This document shows, piece by piece, positions 7,243 through 16,202 of a DNA stretch of 25,500 nt. This stretch comes from Armatimonadota bacterium (GTDB taxonomy: Bacteria; Armatimonadota; Zipacnadia; Zipacnadales; UBA5352), in NCBI GenBank assembly GCA_034722055.1, contig JAYENL010000236.1, positions 1 to 25,500 of the forward strand, read 5' to 3'. Within the stretch, counting starts at the first letter, position 1; the number at the start of each line of letters is the position of its first letter. Both the position numbers and the translations under genes were made by a program. Below the pieces are notes generated by a model. The model made no database searches. It had not been told where the DNA came from and was given only the letters and a program-made list of their open reading frames with translations.

Positions 7243-8186
7243 CGGCTCCCGAGCATGTGCCGGTCATGGTCGAGGAGGTTATCGAGCATCTGGCGCCACG
7301 GTCCGGCGGAGTATACGTTGATGGGACGGTCGGCAGCGGCGGACATTCACAGCATATCCTGGAGCGCTCCGCGCCGGACGGGAGGCTCATTGGGCTCGAC
7401 CGCGACCTGGCCCAGCTTGAGCTCGCGCGCCGGCGGCTGGCGGAGTTCGCGGACAGGATCACGCTGATCCGGAGCAGCTACGAGGACGTGCTCGACGTCC
7501 TGGCGGATTTGAACCTTGACAGCATCGACGGCATGCTCATCGACACCGGTCCCAGCCGCGACCAGCTTGCGGGGCGGACCACCGGCCGCGGCCGGGGCTT
7601 CTCCTGGTGGGGCGAGGACGAGCCGCTGATTATGGCCTACGATCCCTCCCAGGAGACCACCGCCCGGAAGCTGCTGGCGGAGCTGTCCGAGAGCGAGCTG
7701 CGAGAGCTGTTCGATCGGACGCTTCGCGGGTCAGAGGTGGATCGCGTGGCCCAGGCCATCGTACGGGAGCGGGAACATGGGCCCATCGAGTCCACCGGCC
7801 AGCTCACCGGGCTGCTGCGGGAGGCGCTGGCCTTCAAAGGGCCGGCGGTGGACAAACGTGTGGCGGCGGCCTACCTGGCGCTGCGCATCGCGGTCAACGA
7901 TGAGCTGGAGGCTCTGCGCCAGGGCATCGACGCCGCTGTCGAGGGCCTCAAGCGCGGAGGCAGGCTGGTCGTGCTGACCTTCCATGGTCTCGAGCATCGC
8001 ATCGCCCGCGGGCGCCTGCGAGAGCTTGAGGGAGGACCAATCGGCCCGCCGAGGCTCATCGGCGCGCCGGAGCGAGAGCAGAAGGTGAAGGTCCTCACGC
8101 CGACGCCGCTGTTTCCGAGCGAGGAGGAGGTCTCCGCCAACCCCGCAGCCCGCAGCGCCCGGCTGCACGCCGCGCAGCGGGTGTGA
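7239..8186 (+). CDS. rsmH: 16S rRNA m4C1402 methyltransferase RsmH (MraW) homolog, strongly diverged
   Basis: Motifs HVPVM, YVDGTVGSGGHS, GLDRD, RGFS, ALRIAVNDEL and ANPAARSARL. It overlaps the mraZ stop by GTGA. Confidence 0.9.
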   Translation: MTAPEHVPVMVEEVIEHLAPRSGGVYVDGTVGSGGHSQHILERSAPDGRLIGLDRDLAQLELARRRLAEFADRITLIRSSYEDVLDVLADLNLDSIDGMLIDTGPSRDQLAGRTTGRGRGFSWWGEDEPLIMAYDPSQETTARKLLAELSESELRELFDRTLRGSEVDRVAQAIVREREHGPIESTGQLTGLLREALAFKGPAVDKRVAAAYLALRIAVNDELEALRQGIDAAVEGLKRGGRLVVLTFHGLEHRIARGRLRELEGGPIGPPRLIGAPEREQKVKVLTPTPLFPSEEEVSANPAARSARLHAAQRV

Positions 8187-8265
8187 CGCCGTCAACAGGG
8201 AGGCGACAGGAGAGCAGGATTCAGGTTTTCCGGCAATTGGCTCCAGGCGGCCAATTCCGGACGAC

Positions 8266-8451
8266 GGGGGACGAGTGCCCGGGTAATGACCGCAGCATTT
8301 TTGCACAAGTGAATGCACCACCCATCGCAGCCTCCATCGCAGCACCGAATGAAGCAAGGGTCGCTGCAACGTGGTCAGCTACGGTCTCCCCAAGGCACGC
8401 GGTCCACGGAAATATCGCGTCGCAGCAGATGGGCAAGGGCACTCGTCCCCC
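8266..8451. other. 186-nt element bounded by a perfect 15-bp inverted repeat (structured RNA or MITE/REPIN-like; unresolved)
   Basis: GGGGGACGAGTGCCC at 8266-8280 and GGGCACTCGTCCCCC at 8437-8451, within a 361-bp rsmH-ftsL gap. Confidence 0.6.
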
Positions 8452-8547
8452 TGACACAAGCATTCTCGCGGCCGGGATGTGCCATGTGTGGATGGCCTTC
8501 CGGGCCGGTGAGGAGAAGCGTCTCGGACCGGCTGGGAGGGAGAGAGA

Positions 8548-9012
8548 ATGCGGCGTCCGACAGCCTCCAGCAGGCAGCACACCCCGATTGGGCCCCCACA
8601 TGTATCCCCTGCCGCACGTCTGTGGTCGGAGCTGATCAAGCCCGCACTCGTCATCGCCATGGTCGGCGGAGGAGCAGTCCTGTACCTGATGGGCTGCGCC
8701 CGGCTCTCGGTCATAGAGTGCGACGAGCAGCGCCTCGAGCGTCTGGTTCAGGACGAGCGCGCCAGGGAGCTTGAGCTGCACCGCCGCCTCGCCGAGCTTC
8801 GCACCGCGGATGAGATCCGGACCCACATCGCTCAGCGCGGGCTGTGTAGGCCCCGTGGCACCCTGCATGTGCACCTGACCGATGTCCCTCCCAGGCTCTA
8901 CGCCGCGCTTCCGACCGCCACGACGGAGGAGCCGCCGCAGGAGATCAGACTCGGGCAGCGTGCGGATGAGGTTCGCCAGCCGCTGCTGGCCTCAGCGCCG
9001 GTCTTCGAGTGA
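8548..9012 (+). CDS. ftsL: Cell division protein FtsL-like (single TM helix plus coiled coil)
   Basis: Lies between rsmH and ftsI. TM segment LVIAMVGGGAVLYLMG, a heptad region ending EIRTHIAQRGLCRP, and SD GGAGGGAG. Confidence 0.75.
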   Translation: MRRPTASSRQHTPIGPPHVSPAARLWSELIKPALVIAMVGGGAVLYLMGCARLSVIECDEQRLERLVQDERARELELHRRLAELRTADEIRTHIAQRGLCRPRGTLHVHLTDVPPRLYAALPTATTEEPPQEIRLGQRADEVRQPLLASAPVFE

Positions 9013-9054
9013 TCCCGCCTGCCGACGGCGGACAGCGCACCCCCGGGTGATGTG

Positions 9055-10845
9055 ATGGCATACGCCCGCCACCGCAACCAGCGCCCCACTCCTGCGCCGC
9101 ACCCGCTCGCCCTGGTGCGGGCGCGCTGGTTCCTGACCATCGTCATGGTGCTGATGTCCGGGATCGCCATCAAGCTTGCCATTGTCCAGGTCGTGCGCCG
9201 CGGGCACTACATGGAGGTGGACCATCACCTGCATCGCGGCCCCGACCCGGAGCTCCCCACCCCCGGCGGCATCTACGCCCGCGGCCTCCAGCCCATGGCA
9301 GTCAGCGTCCCTCTCGTCTCCATCTGCGCCAACCCTGAAGAGGTCGCAGCATCTCCAGCAGGGATCTCCGCCATCGCGCGGGAGGTCGCCACTGAAGCGG
9401 GCCTGAACGCCGCTGAGCTGCGGGAGAAGCTGGACAGCGGCCTGCGTTCGGAACGCAAGTTCGTCTACCTCGCGCGCCTGCTCGAGCCCGAGAGCGTCGC
9501 AGAGGTGATGGAGGACCCGCCCCACGGCGTGTGGACCATCCGCGAGTACAAGCGGGTCTATCCGGGCCAGCGCCTCGCCTGTCACGTCCTGGGCCGCCGC
9601 AGCGCCTGGCACGAGCCGCTGGAGGGCGCCGAGCTTCGCTGGAGCTTCCTGCTGGCGGGCAGACCTGGCACGCGGCCCAAGAACCTCGATCGCTACGGCC
9701 GAAGCATTCTGGGCGTGGACGCCGCGGGCGTCCTGGCGCCGGAGCCGGGCAAGAACCTGGTCCTGACCATCGACTGGTCGCTCCAGCAGGTCGTTGAGAT
9801 GGCCCTGGATGACTGCATGGCGAAGAGCCGCCCCAAGACCGCCACCTGCGTGGTGATGGACCCGCGCACCGGGGAGGTCCTCGCCCTGGCCTCACGCCCG
9901 AACTTCGATCCCGCGGGGATGGAGCCGGGCCAGCCTGACGAGATCGCTGCGCGCCTCAAGAACCTCCCCGTGGTGCGCCAGTACCCGCCGGGGAGCCTCT
10001 TCAAGGTGCTGCTGGCGGCGGCCACGGTTCAGTCTCCGAAGTGGGAGCCCAGCATCACCTACGTGTGCACGCGTCAGACCGAGATCGGCGGGGAGCCGCT
10101 GCGCTGCTGGGACGATCACGGCCACGGTCCGTGTGATCTCACCAGAATGCTGGCGAAGTCCTGCAACATCGCGGCAGCTCGCTTTGCGTTGCTGATCGGC
10201 GCCGAGCACTACCACGGCTTCCTGGCGAAGCTCGGCTTCGGCCGCCGAACCGGCATCGGCCTGCCCGGCGAGGCCAGCGGCACGCTCCGCCGCCCGGAGG
10301 ACATGCGCCGGCGCGACCTGGCGAACCTGGGCTTCGGGCAGGGCGTGGCGGTCACCGACATCCAGATGGTCACCGCCATCAGCGCCGTCGTCAACGGCGG
10401 CTCGCTGATGCAGCCGCACATCGTGCGCGCTGTCACCAGTGCGGAGACCGGCCGCGTGGTGCGACACCTCGAGCCACTGGAGATCCGCCGCGTGTGCAGC
10501 GAGGACGACTCCGCCCGAGTGCGGGAGATGATGGGCGAGGTCGTGGAGAACGGCACCGGCTGGCGGGCGAAGATCGAGGGGATCGCGGTGGGCGGCAAGA
10601 CCGGCACCGCCCAGAAGTGGATTCCGGAGGAGGGAGGTTTCGTTCCGGGTCGAAATATCGTATCCTTCGCGATGGTCGCGCCCCTCCACGACCCGCGCTT
10701 CGTGATCCTCGTCACCGCAGACGAGCCCACTCGTGGGCACCATGGCTCCGAGGTGGCGGCGCCGGTGGCGAGGACGGTGGCAGTGGCCGCGCTCCGTCAG
10801 GCCGGCCTGCTCCCGGCTGAGGCCGAGATCAGTGCCGGCGCGTAG
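9055..10845 (+). CDS. ftsI: Class B penicillin-binding protein FtsI/SpoVD-like transpeptidase
   Basis: N-terminal TM helix, KRVYP, PGSLFK (SxxK), KSCN (SxN) and GKTGTAQK (KTG), at the dcw position. The start is GTG 9052 or ATG 9055. Confidence 0.93.
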   Translation: MAYARHRNQRPTPAPHPLALVRARWFLTIVMVLMSGIAIKLAIVQVVRRGHYMEVDHHLHRGPDPELPTPGGIYARGLQPMAVSVPLVSICANPEEVAASPAGISAIAREVATEAGLNAAELREKLDSGLRSERKFVYLARLLEPESVAEVMEDPPHGVWTIREYKRVYPGQRLACHVLGRRSAWHEPLEGAELRWSFLLAGRPGTRPKNLDRYGRSILGVDAAGVLAPEPGKNLVLTIDWSLQQVVEMALDDCMAKSRPKTATCVVMDPRTGEVLALASRPNFDPAGMEPGQPDEIAARLKNLPVVRQYPPGSLFKVLLAAATVQSPKWEPSITYVCTRQTEIGGEPLRCWDDHGHGPCDLTRMLAKSCNIAAARFALLIGAEHYHGFLAKLGFGRRTGIGLPGEASGTLRRPEDMRRRDLANLGFGQGVAVTDIQMVTAISAVVNGGSLMQPHIVRAVTSAETGRVVRHLEPLEIRRVCSEDDSARVREMMGEVVENGTGWRAKIEGIAVGGKTGTAQKWIPEEGGFVPGRNIVSFAMVAPLHDPRFVILVTADEPTRGHHGSEVAAPVARTVAVAALRQAGLLPAEAEISAGA

Positions 10846-10913
10846 CAGTGTGCATCGCGCCCCGGCGCTGTCGGGGCGCGCGGGACGAACTCTGGGCGGG
10901 ATGCCAAGCACCC

Positions 10914-12395
10914 ATGGGCAGGTCGGTTGCTTTCAGCTCGCTGGTCAAGGCCCTCCCCGGCCTGGTCGCCCGCCGGGGCGAGGCCACCGTGTCCGGCGTG
11001 GCCTCCGACTCCCGGCTGGTCGAGCCGGGCGACATCTTCGTCGCCTACCGCGGATTCGAGGCCGACGGTCACGACTTCATCGAGCCCGCCCTGGTGAACG
11101 GTGCGGTGGCGGTGGTCTTCGATGATCCCCGCCGCGAGACCACCGTTGAGGGTGTGCCCTGGGCGCGCGTCGAGGACGGCCGGCGCGCCTGCGCGGAGCT
11201 GGCGGCACAGTATTACCAACATCCGTCCGCCGAGCTGCTCCTGGCCGGCGTCACCGGAACCAACGGGAAGACCACCACCACCTTTCTCATCGACGCTATC
11301 CTCCGGGCGGCGGAGATGACAAGCGGCGTCATCGGCACCCTCGGCTACGGGCCGGTTGACGAGCTCACAGAGGCCCCGCGAACCACGCCTGACGCCATCG
11401 AGCTTCAGACCTGGCTTCGGCGCATGGCTGACGACGGCTTCGAGGCCGCGGTCATGGAGGTCTCATCGCACTCCCTGGTGCTCAGCCGCCCCTGGCGGTG
11501 CGACTTTGATGTGGGCGTGTTCACCAACCTGTCGCAGGACCATCTGGACTTCCATGAAAACCTTGAGCGCTATCTCGACGCCAAGCTGCTGCTGTTCACG
11601 GACTACGCGGAGGCGTCCGGCACGCCCATGACCGGCGCGGTCAATCTCGACGACGAGTTCGGCCCGCGCATCGCCCAGCGGGCCTGCTGCCCGGTGCTGG
11701 GATACGGCCTCGCCGACGGCTGTGACGTCCGCGCTGAGGACGTGCGCTTCACCGATGGCGGATCGAGGTTCGGGCTGAGCCTGCCGTCCGGCCGGGCGAC
11801 GGTGAGCCTGCGCCTCCCCGGGCCGTTCAATGTCTACAATGCGCTCGCCGCCGCCACCGCCGCTGAGGCCGCAGGCATGGAGCCGGAGGCCATCACCGAG
11901 GGCCTTAGCAGCGTGACCTCCGTGCCGGGCCGCTTCGAGCGCGTGGACGCCGGCCAGCCCTTCCAGATCGTCGTTGACTACGCTCACACGCCGCAGGCCG
12001 TGGAGAACGTGCTGGGCGTCGCCCGACAGCTCCAGCCGCGGCGCATCATCTGCGTCATCGGCTGTGGCGGCGACCGCGATCCCGACAAGCGCCCCAAGAT
12101 GGGGCGCACCGCCACTGAGCTGGCTGACTTCACCATCATCACCTCCGACAACCCCCGGTCGGAGGATCCGCTGGCCATCATCGATGCCATCACCGCCGGC
12201 GTGGTCGGGGATGCGTGGACGGTGGAGCCGGATCGCCGGGAGGCCATCCGCACTGCGCTCGAGACCGCCGGCGAGGGCGACATGGTCATGATCCTGGGCA
12301 AGGGCCACGAGCCCTACCAGATACTCGCTGATCGAACCATCGACTTCGATGACCGCGCTGTCGCGCGGGAGCTTGCCGCCGAGGCGTACGGTTGA
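10914..12395 (+). CDS. murE: UDP-MurNAc-L-Ala-D-Glu:meso-diaminopimelate ligase
   Basis: Motifs GVTGTNGKTTT, TTPD, MEVSSH, TNLSQDHLDFH, VDYAHTP, GCGGDRD, SDNPRSE (DNPR, indicating meso-DAP specificity) and GKGHE. Confidence 0.96.
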   Translation: MGRSVAFSSLVKALPGLVARRGEATVSGVASDSRLVEPGDIFVAYRGFEADGHDFIEPALVNGAVAVVFDDPRRETTVEGVPWARVEDGRRACAELAAQYYQHPSAELLLAGVTGTNGKTTTTFLIDAILRAAEMTSGVIGTLGYGPVDELTEAPRTTPDAIELQTWLRRMADDGFEAAVMEVSSHSLVLSRPWRCDFDVGVFTNLSQDHLDFHENLERYLDAKLLLFTDYAEASGTPMTGAVNLDDEFGPRIAQRACCPVLGYGLADGCDVRAEDVRFTDGGSRFGLSLPSGRATVSLRLPGPFNVYNALAAATAAEAAGMEPEAITEGLSSVTSVPGRFERVDAGQPFQIVVDYAHTPQAVENVLGVARQLQPRRIICVIGCGGDRDPDKRPKMGRTATELADFTIITSDNPRSEDPLAIIDAITAGVVGDAWTVEPDRREAIRTALETAGEGDMVMILGKGHEPYQILADRTIDFDDRAVARELAAEAYG

Positions 12396-12426
12396 TCCGC
12401 CTATGCACTCATCCGAGGTGACCGAC

Positions 12427-13809
12427 GTGTCGCAGCAGACCCGGTTCACAGCAACTCTCGAGGAGGTGGCCGCCGCCTGTGGTGGGGAGGTGGACCGGCA
12501 GTGGGCGGACGTCCTCATCCGCGGCCTGAGCACCGACACCCGTGAGCTGAAGGAGGGCGAGCTGTTTGTGGCGCTCAAGGGGCAGCGCCACAACGGTCAC
12601 GAGTTTTTGGCGGACGCGCTGCAGGCCGGCGCTGCGGCCGCGGTGGTGAAGGACGCCGGCGCCGCCCCCGCTGAGCTGCCGGTCGTCGTGGTGTCCGACA
12701 CCCTGGAGGCGTTGGGGAGGCTGGCCGCCGCGCACCGGGCGGAGATGCCCGTGCGCGTCGCGGCCGTCACCGGCAGCACCGGCAAGACCACCACCAAGGA
12801 CATGCTGGGCCACATCCTTCGTCTCCTGGGGCCGACGGTGGTGGCGGAGGCGTCACACAATAACGAGATCGGCGTGCCCCTGACCCTTCTTCGCGTCGGC
12901 CCCGAGCACCGCTTCTGCGTCCTGGAGTTTGCCATGCGGGGGCCGGGAGAGATCGACTACCTCGCTGAGATAGCCCGCCCCCACGTGGGCGTCATCACCA
13001 ACATCGGCCAGAGCCACGTGGGACGCCTCGGCTCCCGTGAGGCCATCGCTCAGGCCAAGGCGGAGCTGCTGGAGCACGTGCCGCAGACGGGCGCCGCAGT
13101 CCTGAATGCCGACGACTTCTTCTTCAGCGTCTTCACCGCCATGTCCCGGTGCCCGGTGCTCTCGTTCGGATTTGGCCCCGAGGCCGACGTCGGCGCCGAG
13201 GATGTGCGTGACGAGGACCTGGAGGGCGTGCGGTTCCGCCTGATCACACCTCAGGGCGAGGCGGAGGTGCGCATGGGAGTCCTGGGGCGCCACAATGTCG
13301 CCAACGCCCTCGCGGCCTGCGCCGCGGCCGGCCACATGGGCGCCGGCCTGCAGCAGATGGTGCAGGCGCTGGGGGACTATGAGGGCGCCCCCATGCGCAT
13401 GCAGCGGGTGGCGGGCCGCAACGGGTCCATCATCATCAACGACGCCTACAACGCCAGCCCGGACTCGGTCGCCGCGGCCCTCGACGTCCTGCGCTCGGTT
13501 TCGGGCAGGAAGATCCTGGTCTTCGGGGACATGCTTGAGATGGGGCCGGAGGGCGAGCCCGCGCATCGCCAGGTCGGCCGCGCCGCCGCCGAGGCGGGCG
13601 TGGCCCGACTCGTAGCCGTCGGCGACCTCGCCGCACTCGCGGCCGAGCGAGCCGCCGAGTTGGGCCTTGCCACCGACGCCGTCGAGGATGTCGCCGAGGC
13701 CGCGGCCCTGCTTGCCCCGGAGCTCCAGCCCGGCGACGTGGTCCTGGTCAAGGGCTCGCGCGCCATGGGCCTGGAGCGGGTGGTGGAGGAGCTTGCCGAT
13801 GACCAGTGA
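12427..13809 (+). CDS. murF: UDP-MurNAc-tripeptide:D-Ala-D-Ala ligase
   Basis: Motifs STDTR, VTGSTGKTTTK, NNEIGVPLT, NDAYNASPDS, FGDMLEMG and VKGSR. SD GAGGTG lies before GTG 12427; ATG 12403 is an alternative start. Confidence 0.95.
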   Translation: MSQQTRFTATLEEVAAACGGEVDRQWADVLIRGLSTDTRELKEGELFVALKGQRHNGHEFLADALQAGAAAAVVKDAGAAPAELPVVVVSDTLEALGRLAAAHRAEMPVRVAAVTGSTGKTTTKDMLGHILRLLGPTVVAEASHNNEIGVPLTLLRVGPEHRFCVLEFAMRGPGEIDYLAEIARPHVGVITNIGQSHVGRLGSREAIAQAKAELLEHVPQTGAAVLNADDFFFSVFTAMSRCPVLSFGFGPEADVGAEDVRDEDLEGVRFRLITPQGEAEVRMGVLGRHNVANALAACAAAGHMGAGLQQMVQALGDYEGAPMRMQRVAGRNGSIIINDAYNASPDSVAAALDVLRSVSGRKILVFGDMLEMGPEGEPAHRQVGRAAAEAGVARLVAVGDLAALAAERAAELGLATDAVEDVAEAAALLAPELQPGDVVLVKGSRAMGLERVVEELADDQ

Positions 13810-14785
13810 CCTGGCGCTGGCATGGGTGTGCGTGGTGGGTGGCTGCGCGCTGAGCGCGGCCTTCACGGCCGTGCTGCTCCCCCACCTGCGCCGCGCCAAC
13901 ATCCGCCAGCATGTGCGCGAGGATGGCCCCGAGAGCCACCTCCGGAAGGCCGGCACGCCCTCGATGGGTGGCCTCGCCATCTACGCCGCCTTCCTGCTGG
14001 TGGTGGCTCTCATTTCCGTCATGCGCGGCGGCCTGGATGGCCGGGCCTGCGCCGTGGTCCTCTTCATCATCGGCATGGCTGTGGTGGGCCTGCTCGACGA
14101 CTATCAGAAGCTGCGGCGGCGGGAGGCCTACGGCTTCGGCGCCGGGGTGCGCCTGCTCTTCGAGTTCATCCTGGCGGGGCTGCTGATCCTCTACCTCACG
14201 CGCTATCCCCCGGAGCCGGTCGTCTCCGGCCTCACCATCGCCTCACTCGACGCCGCGAGCTGGGCGTGGCGCATCTTCGCGGCCCTTGTGCTGGTGGGCA
14301 GCGCCAACGCCGTGAACCTCACCGACGGCCTCGACGGGCTGGCCGGTGGCCTTACCTCCCTCTGCGGCATCGGCCTCGCCGGCGCCTGCTGGATGCTCGG
14401 ACACCCGGACCTGGCTCTGTTGTCCCTGGCGGTCTCGGGGGCCGCGGCGGGCTTTCTGTGGTTCAACGCCGCACCGGCGAAGGTGTTCATGGGCGACGTC
14501 GGCAGCACCGGCCTTGGGGCCGCGCTGGGGGGCATCGCCGTGGCCGCACGCATCGAGGTGCTGCTGGCGCTGGTGGGGCTGGTCTTCGTGGCCGAGGCGC
14601 TCTCGGTGATCGCACAGGTGGTCAGCTTTCGCCTTACCGGCCGGCGCGTGCTGCGGATGGCGCCCCTGCACCATCACCTGGAGCTCTCCGGGTGGGAGGA
14701 GACGACCATCGTCCTGCGCCTCTGGATCATCGGCGCCGGCGTGACGGCAACGGGCCTGCTGCTCGCCGGCGCCCTGGTTCGGTGA
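13799..14785 (+). CDS. mraY: Phospho-N-acetylmuramoyl-pentapeptide transferase
   Basis: Motifs KAGTPSMGG, GLLDD, NAVNLTDGLDGLA, VFMGDVGS and MAPLHHHLE. The ATG overlaps the end of murF. Confidence 0.96.
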   Translation: MTSDLALAWVCVVGGCALSAAFTAVLLPHLRRANIRQHVREDGPESHLRKAGTPSMGGLAIYAAFLLVVALISVMRGGLDGRACAVVLFIIGMAVVGLLDDYQKLRRREAYGFGAGVRLLFEFILAGLLILYLTRYPPEPVVSGLTIASLDAASWAWRIFAALVLVGSANAVNLTDGLDGLAGGLTSLCGIGLAGACWMLGHPDLALLSLAVSGAAAGFLWFNAAPAKVFMGDVGSTGLGAALGGIAVAARIEVLLALVGLVFVAEALSVIAQVVSFRLTGRRVLRMAPLHHHLELSGWEETTIVLRLWIIGAGVTATGLLLAGALVR

Positions 14786-14789
14786 GCAC

Positions 14790-16196
14790 ATGCGACCAAT
14801 GAGCCTGCAGCCGACGCGAACACAGGAGGAGATCGACGCCTTCAGGCGCTCCCTGGCCGGCCGCTCGGTGGCGGTGATCGGCGCCGGGCGGAGCGGCATG
14901 GCCTGCCTCCGCAGGCTGGTCGAGGCCGGGGCGGAGGTCACGCTCGCCGACGCCCAGCCTCGCGACTCGCTGGCAGAGGTGCTCGACGAGGCCCAGGGCC
15001 TGGGCGCGCACCTGGTCACGGGCTTCGAGCGCTTCCAGCAGATCGAGGGCGTGAGCCTGGTGGTGAGCAGCCCCGGCGTGGCCTGGGAGCATCAGTCGCT
15101 GGTGGCGGCCCGACTGCGCGGGGTCGAGGTCATCGGAACGCTGGAGCTGGCGTGGCGGCTCTGCCCGGCTCCGGTCATCGGGGTCACCGGCACCAACGGC
15201 AAGGGCACTACCTGCCGGCTGATCGCAGCGATGCTGGCCGAGGCGGGGATCGAGCACATACTGGCGGGGAATATCGGCAACCCGCTGGCCGATGAGTTGA
15301 CGCGCGCTAGCGCGAGCACGCCGGCGGTGGTCGAGATCAGCAGCTTCCAGCTTGAGGGCGTCGATCAGTTCCGCCCCCGGGTGGCGACGGTCCTGAACAT
15401 CGCGCCCGACCACCTGGATCGCCACCCGAGCTTCGAGGCCTACCGGGCGGCCAAGGCGCGCATCTTCGAGAATCAGCGCCCGGAGGACATGGCGGTGGTC
15501 AACCTCGATGACGAGGCGGCCCGGCGGATGGCGGAGGGCTCCGCCGCCCGGAAGGTCACCGTGTCGCTGCAGGCTCAGGACGCCGATGCGACCGTGCGCG
15601 AGGGGCTGATCCTGCTGCGGCTTGAAGGGAAGGATGAGGAGGAGGTCTGCCCTGCGCACGCCTTCGGTCTGCCGGGGCGCCACCATCTCACCAACGTGCT
15701 GGTGGCCTCAGCCATCGCCCGCCTGGCCGGTGCGCGGCCGGAGGCCATCGCCGAGGCTATCGCCGGGTATCGGCCGCCGAAGCATCACATGGAGATCGTC
15801 GGGGAGATCGGGGGCGTCGCCTTCATCAACGACTCCAAGGCCAGCAATCCCAGCGCGGCGCTCGCGGATCTGTCGTCCATGCCGCGGCCGTTCGTGGCCA
15901 TCGTGGGCGGCAAGGACAAGGGGGCGGACTTCGCGGAGCTGGCGAAGCTGCTTCGGGAGCGGCCGCGCGGGGTGGTGCTCATCGGGGAGGCCGCCGACCG
16001 CATCGCCGCGCTGATGGCCGGCGGCTTCCAGCGAGCGGAGAGCATGCCCGAGGCCGTGCGCCGGGCCAGGGAGACGGCCCGGCCCGGTGACGCCGTCATC
16101 CTGGCCCCGGCCTGCTCCAGCTTCGACATGTTCGAGGACTACGAGCACCGCGGCGAGGTCTTCCGTGAGAGCGTCAGATCGCTGCAGTCGGAGTGA
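14790..16196 (+). CDS. murD: UDP-MurNAc-L-Ala:D-Glu ligase
   Basis: Motifs GAGRSG, SSPGV, GVTGTNGKGTT, EISSFQLE, NIAPDHLDRH, NDSKASN and APACSSFDMF. ATG 14799 is an alternative start. Confidence 0.96.
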   Translation: MRPMSLQPTRTQEEIDAFRRSLAGRSVAVIGAGRSGMACLRRLVEAGAEVTLADAQPRDSLAEVLDEAQGLGAHLVTGFERFQQIEGVSLVVSSPGVAWEHQSLVAARLRGVEVIGTLELAWRLCPAPVIGVTGTNGKGTTCRLIAAMLAEAGIEHILAGNIGNPLADELTRASASTPAVVEISSFQLEGVDQFRPRVATVLNIAPDHLDRHPSFEAYRAAKARIFENQRPEDMAVVNLDDEAARRMAEGSAARKVTVSLQAQDADATVREGLILLRLEGKDEEEVCPAHAFGLPGRHHLTNVLVASAIARLAGARPEAIAEAIAGYRPPKHHMEIVGEIGGVAFINDSKASNPSAALADLSSMPRPFVAIVGGKDKGADFAELAKLLRERPRGVVLIGEAADRIAALMAGGFQRAESMPEAVRRARETARPGDAVILAPACSSFDMFEDYEHRGEVFRESVRSLQSE

Positions 16197-16202
16197 GCAA
16201 CA

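Noticed and set aside
8266..8451. tmRNA, tRNA, SRP or RNase P identity for the GGGGG...CCCCC element
   Set aside because: I found no T-loop or CCA end, no SRP GGAA-loop motif and no GAGGAAAGTCC on either strand, and it is too short for tmRNA.
8183..8635. ORF-track ORFs across the rsmH-ftsL gap (8183-8635, 8313-8774 and minus-strand ones)
   Set aside because: They have no recognisable motifs and atypical codon usage, and they overlap ftsL out of frame or antisense. The region is better explained by non-coding structure.
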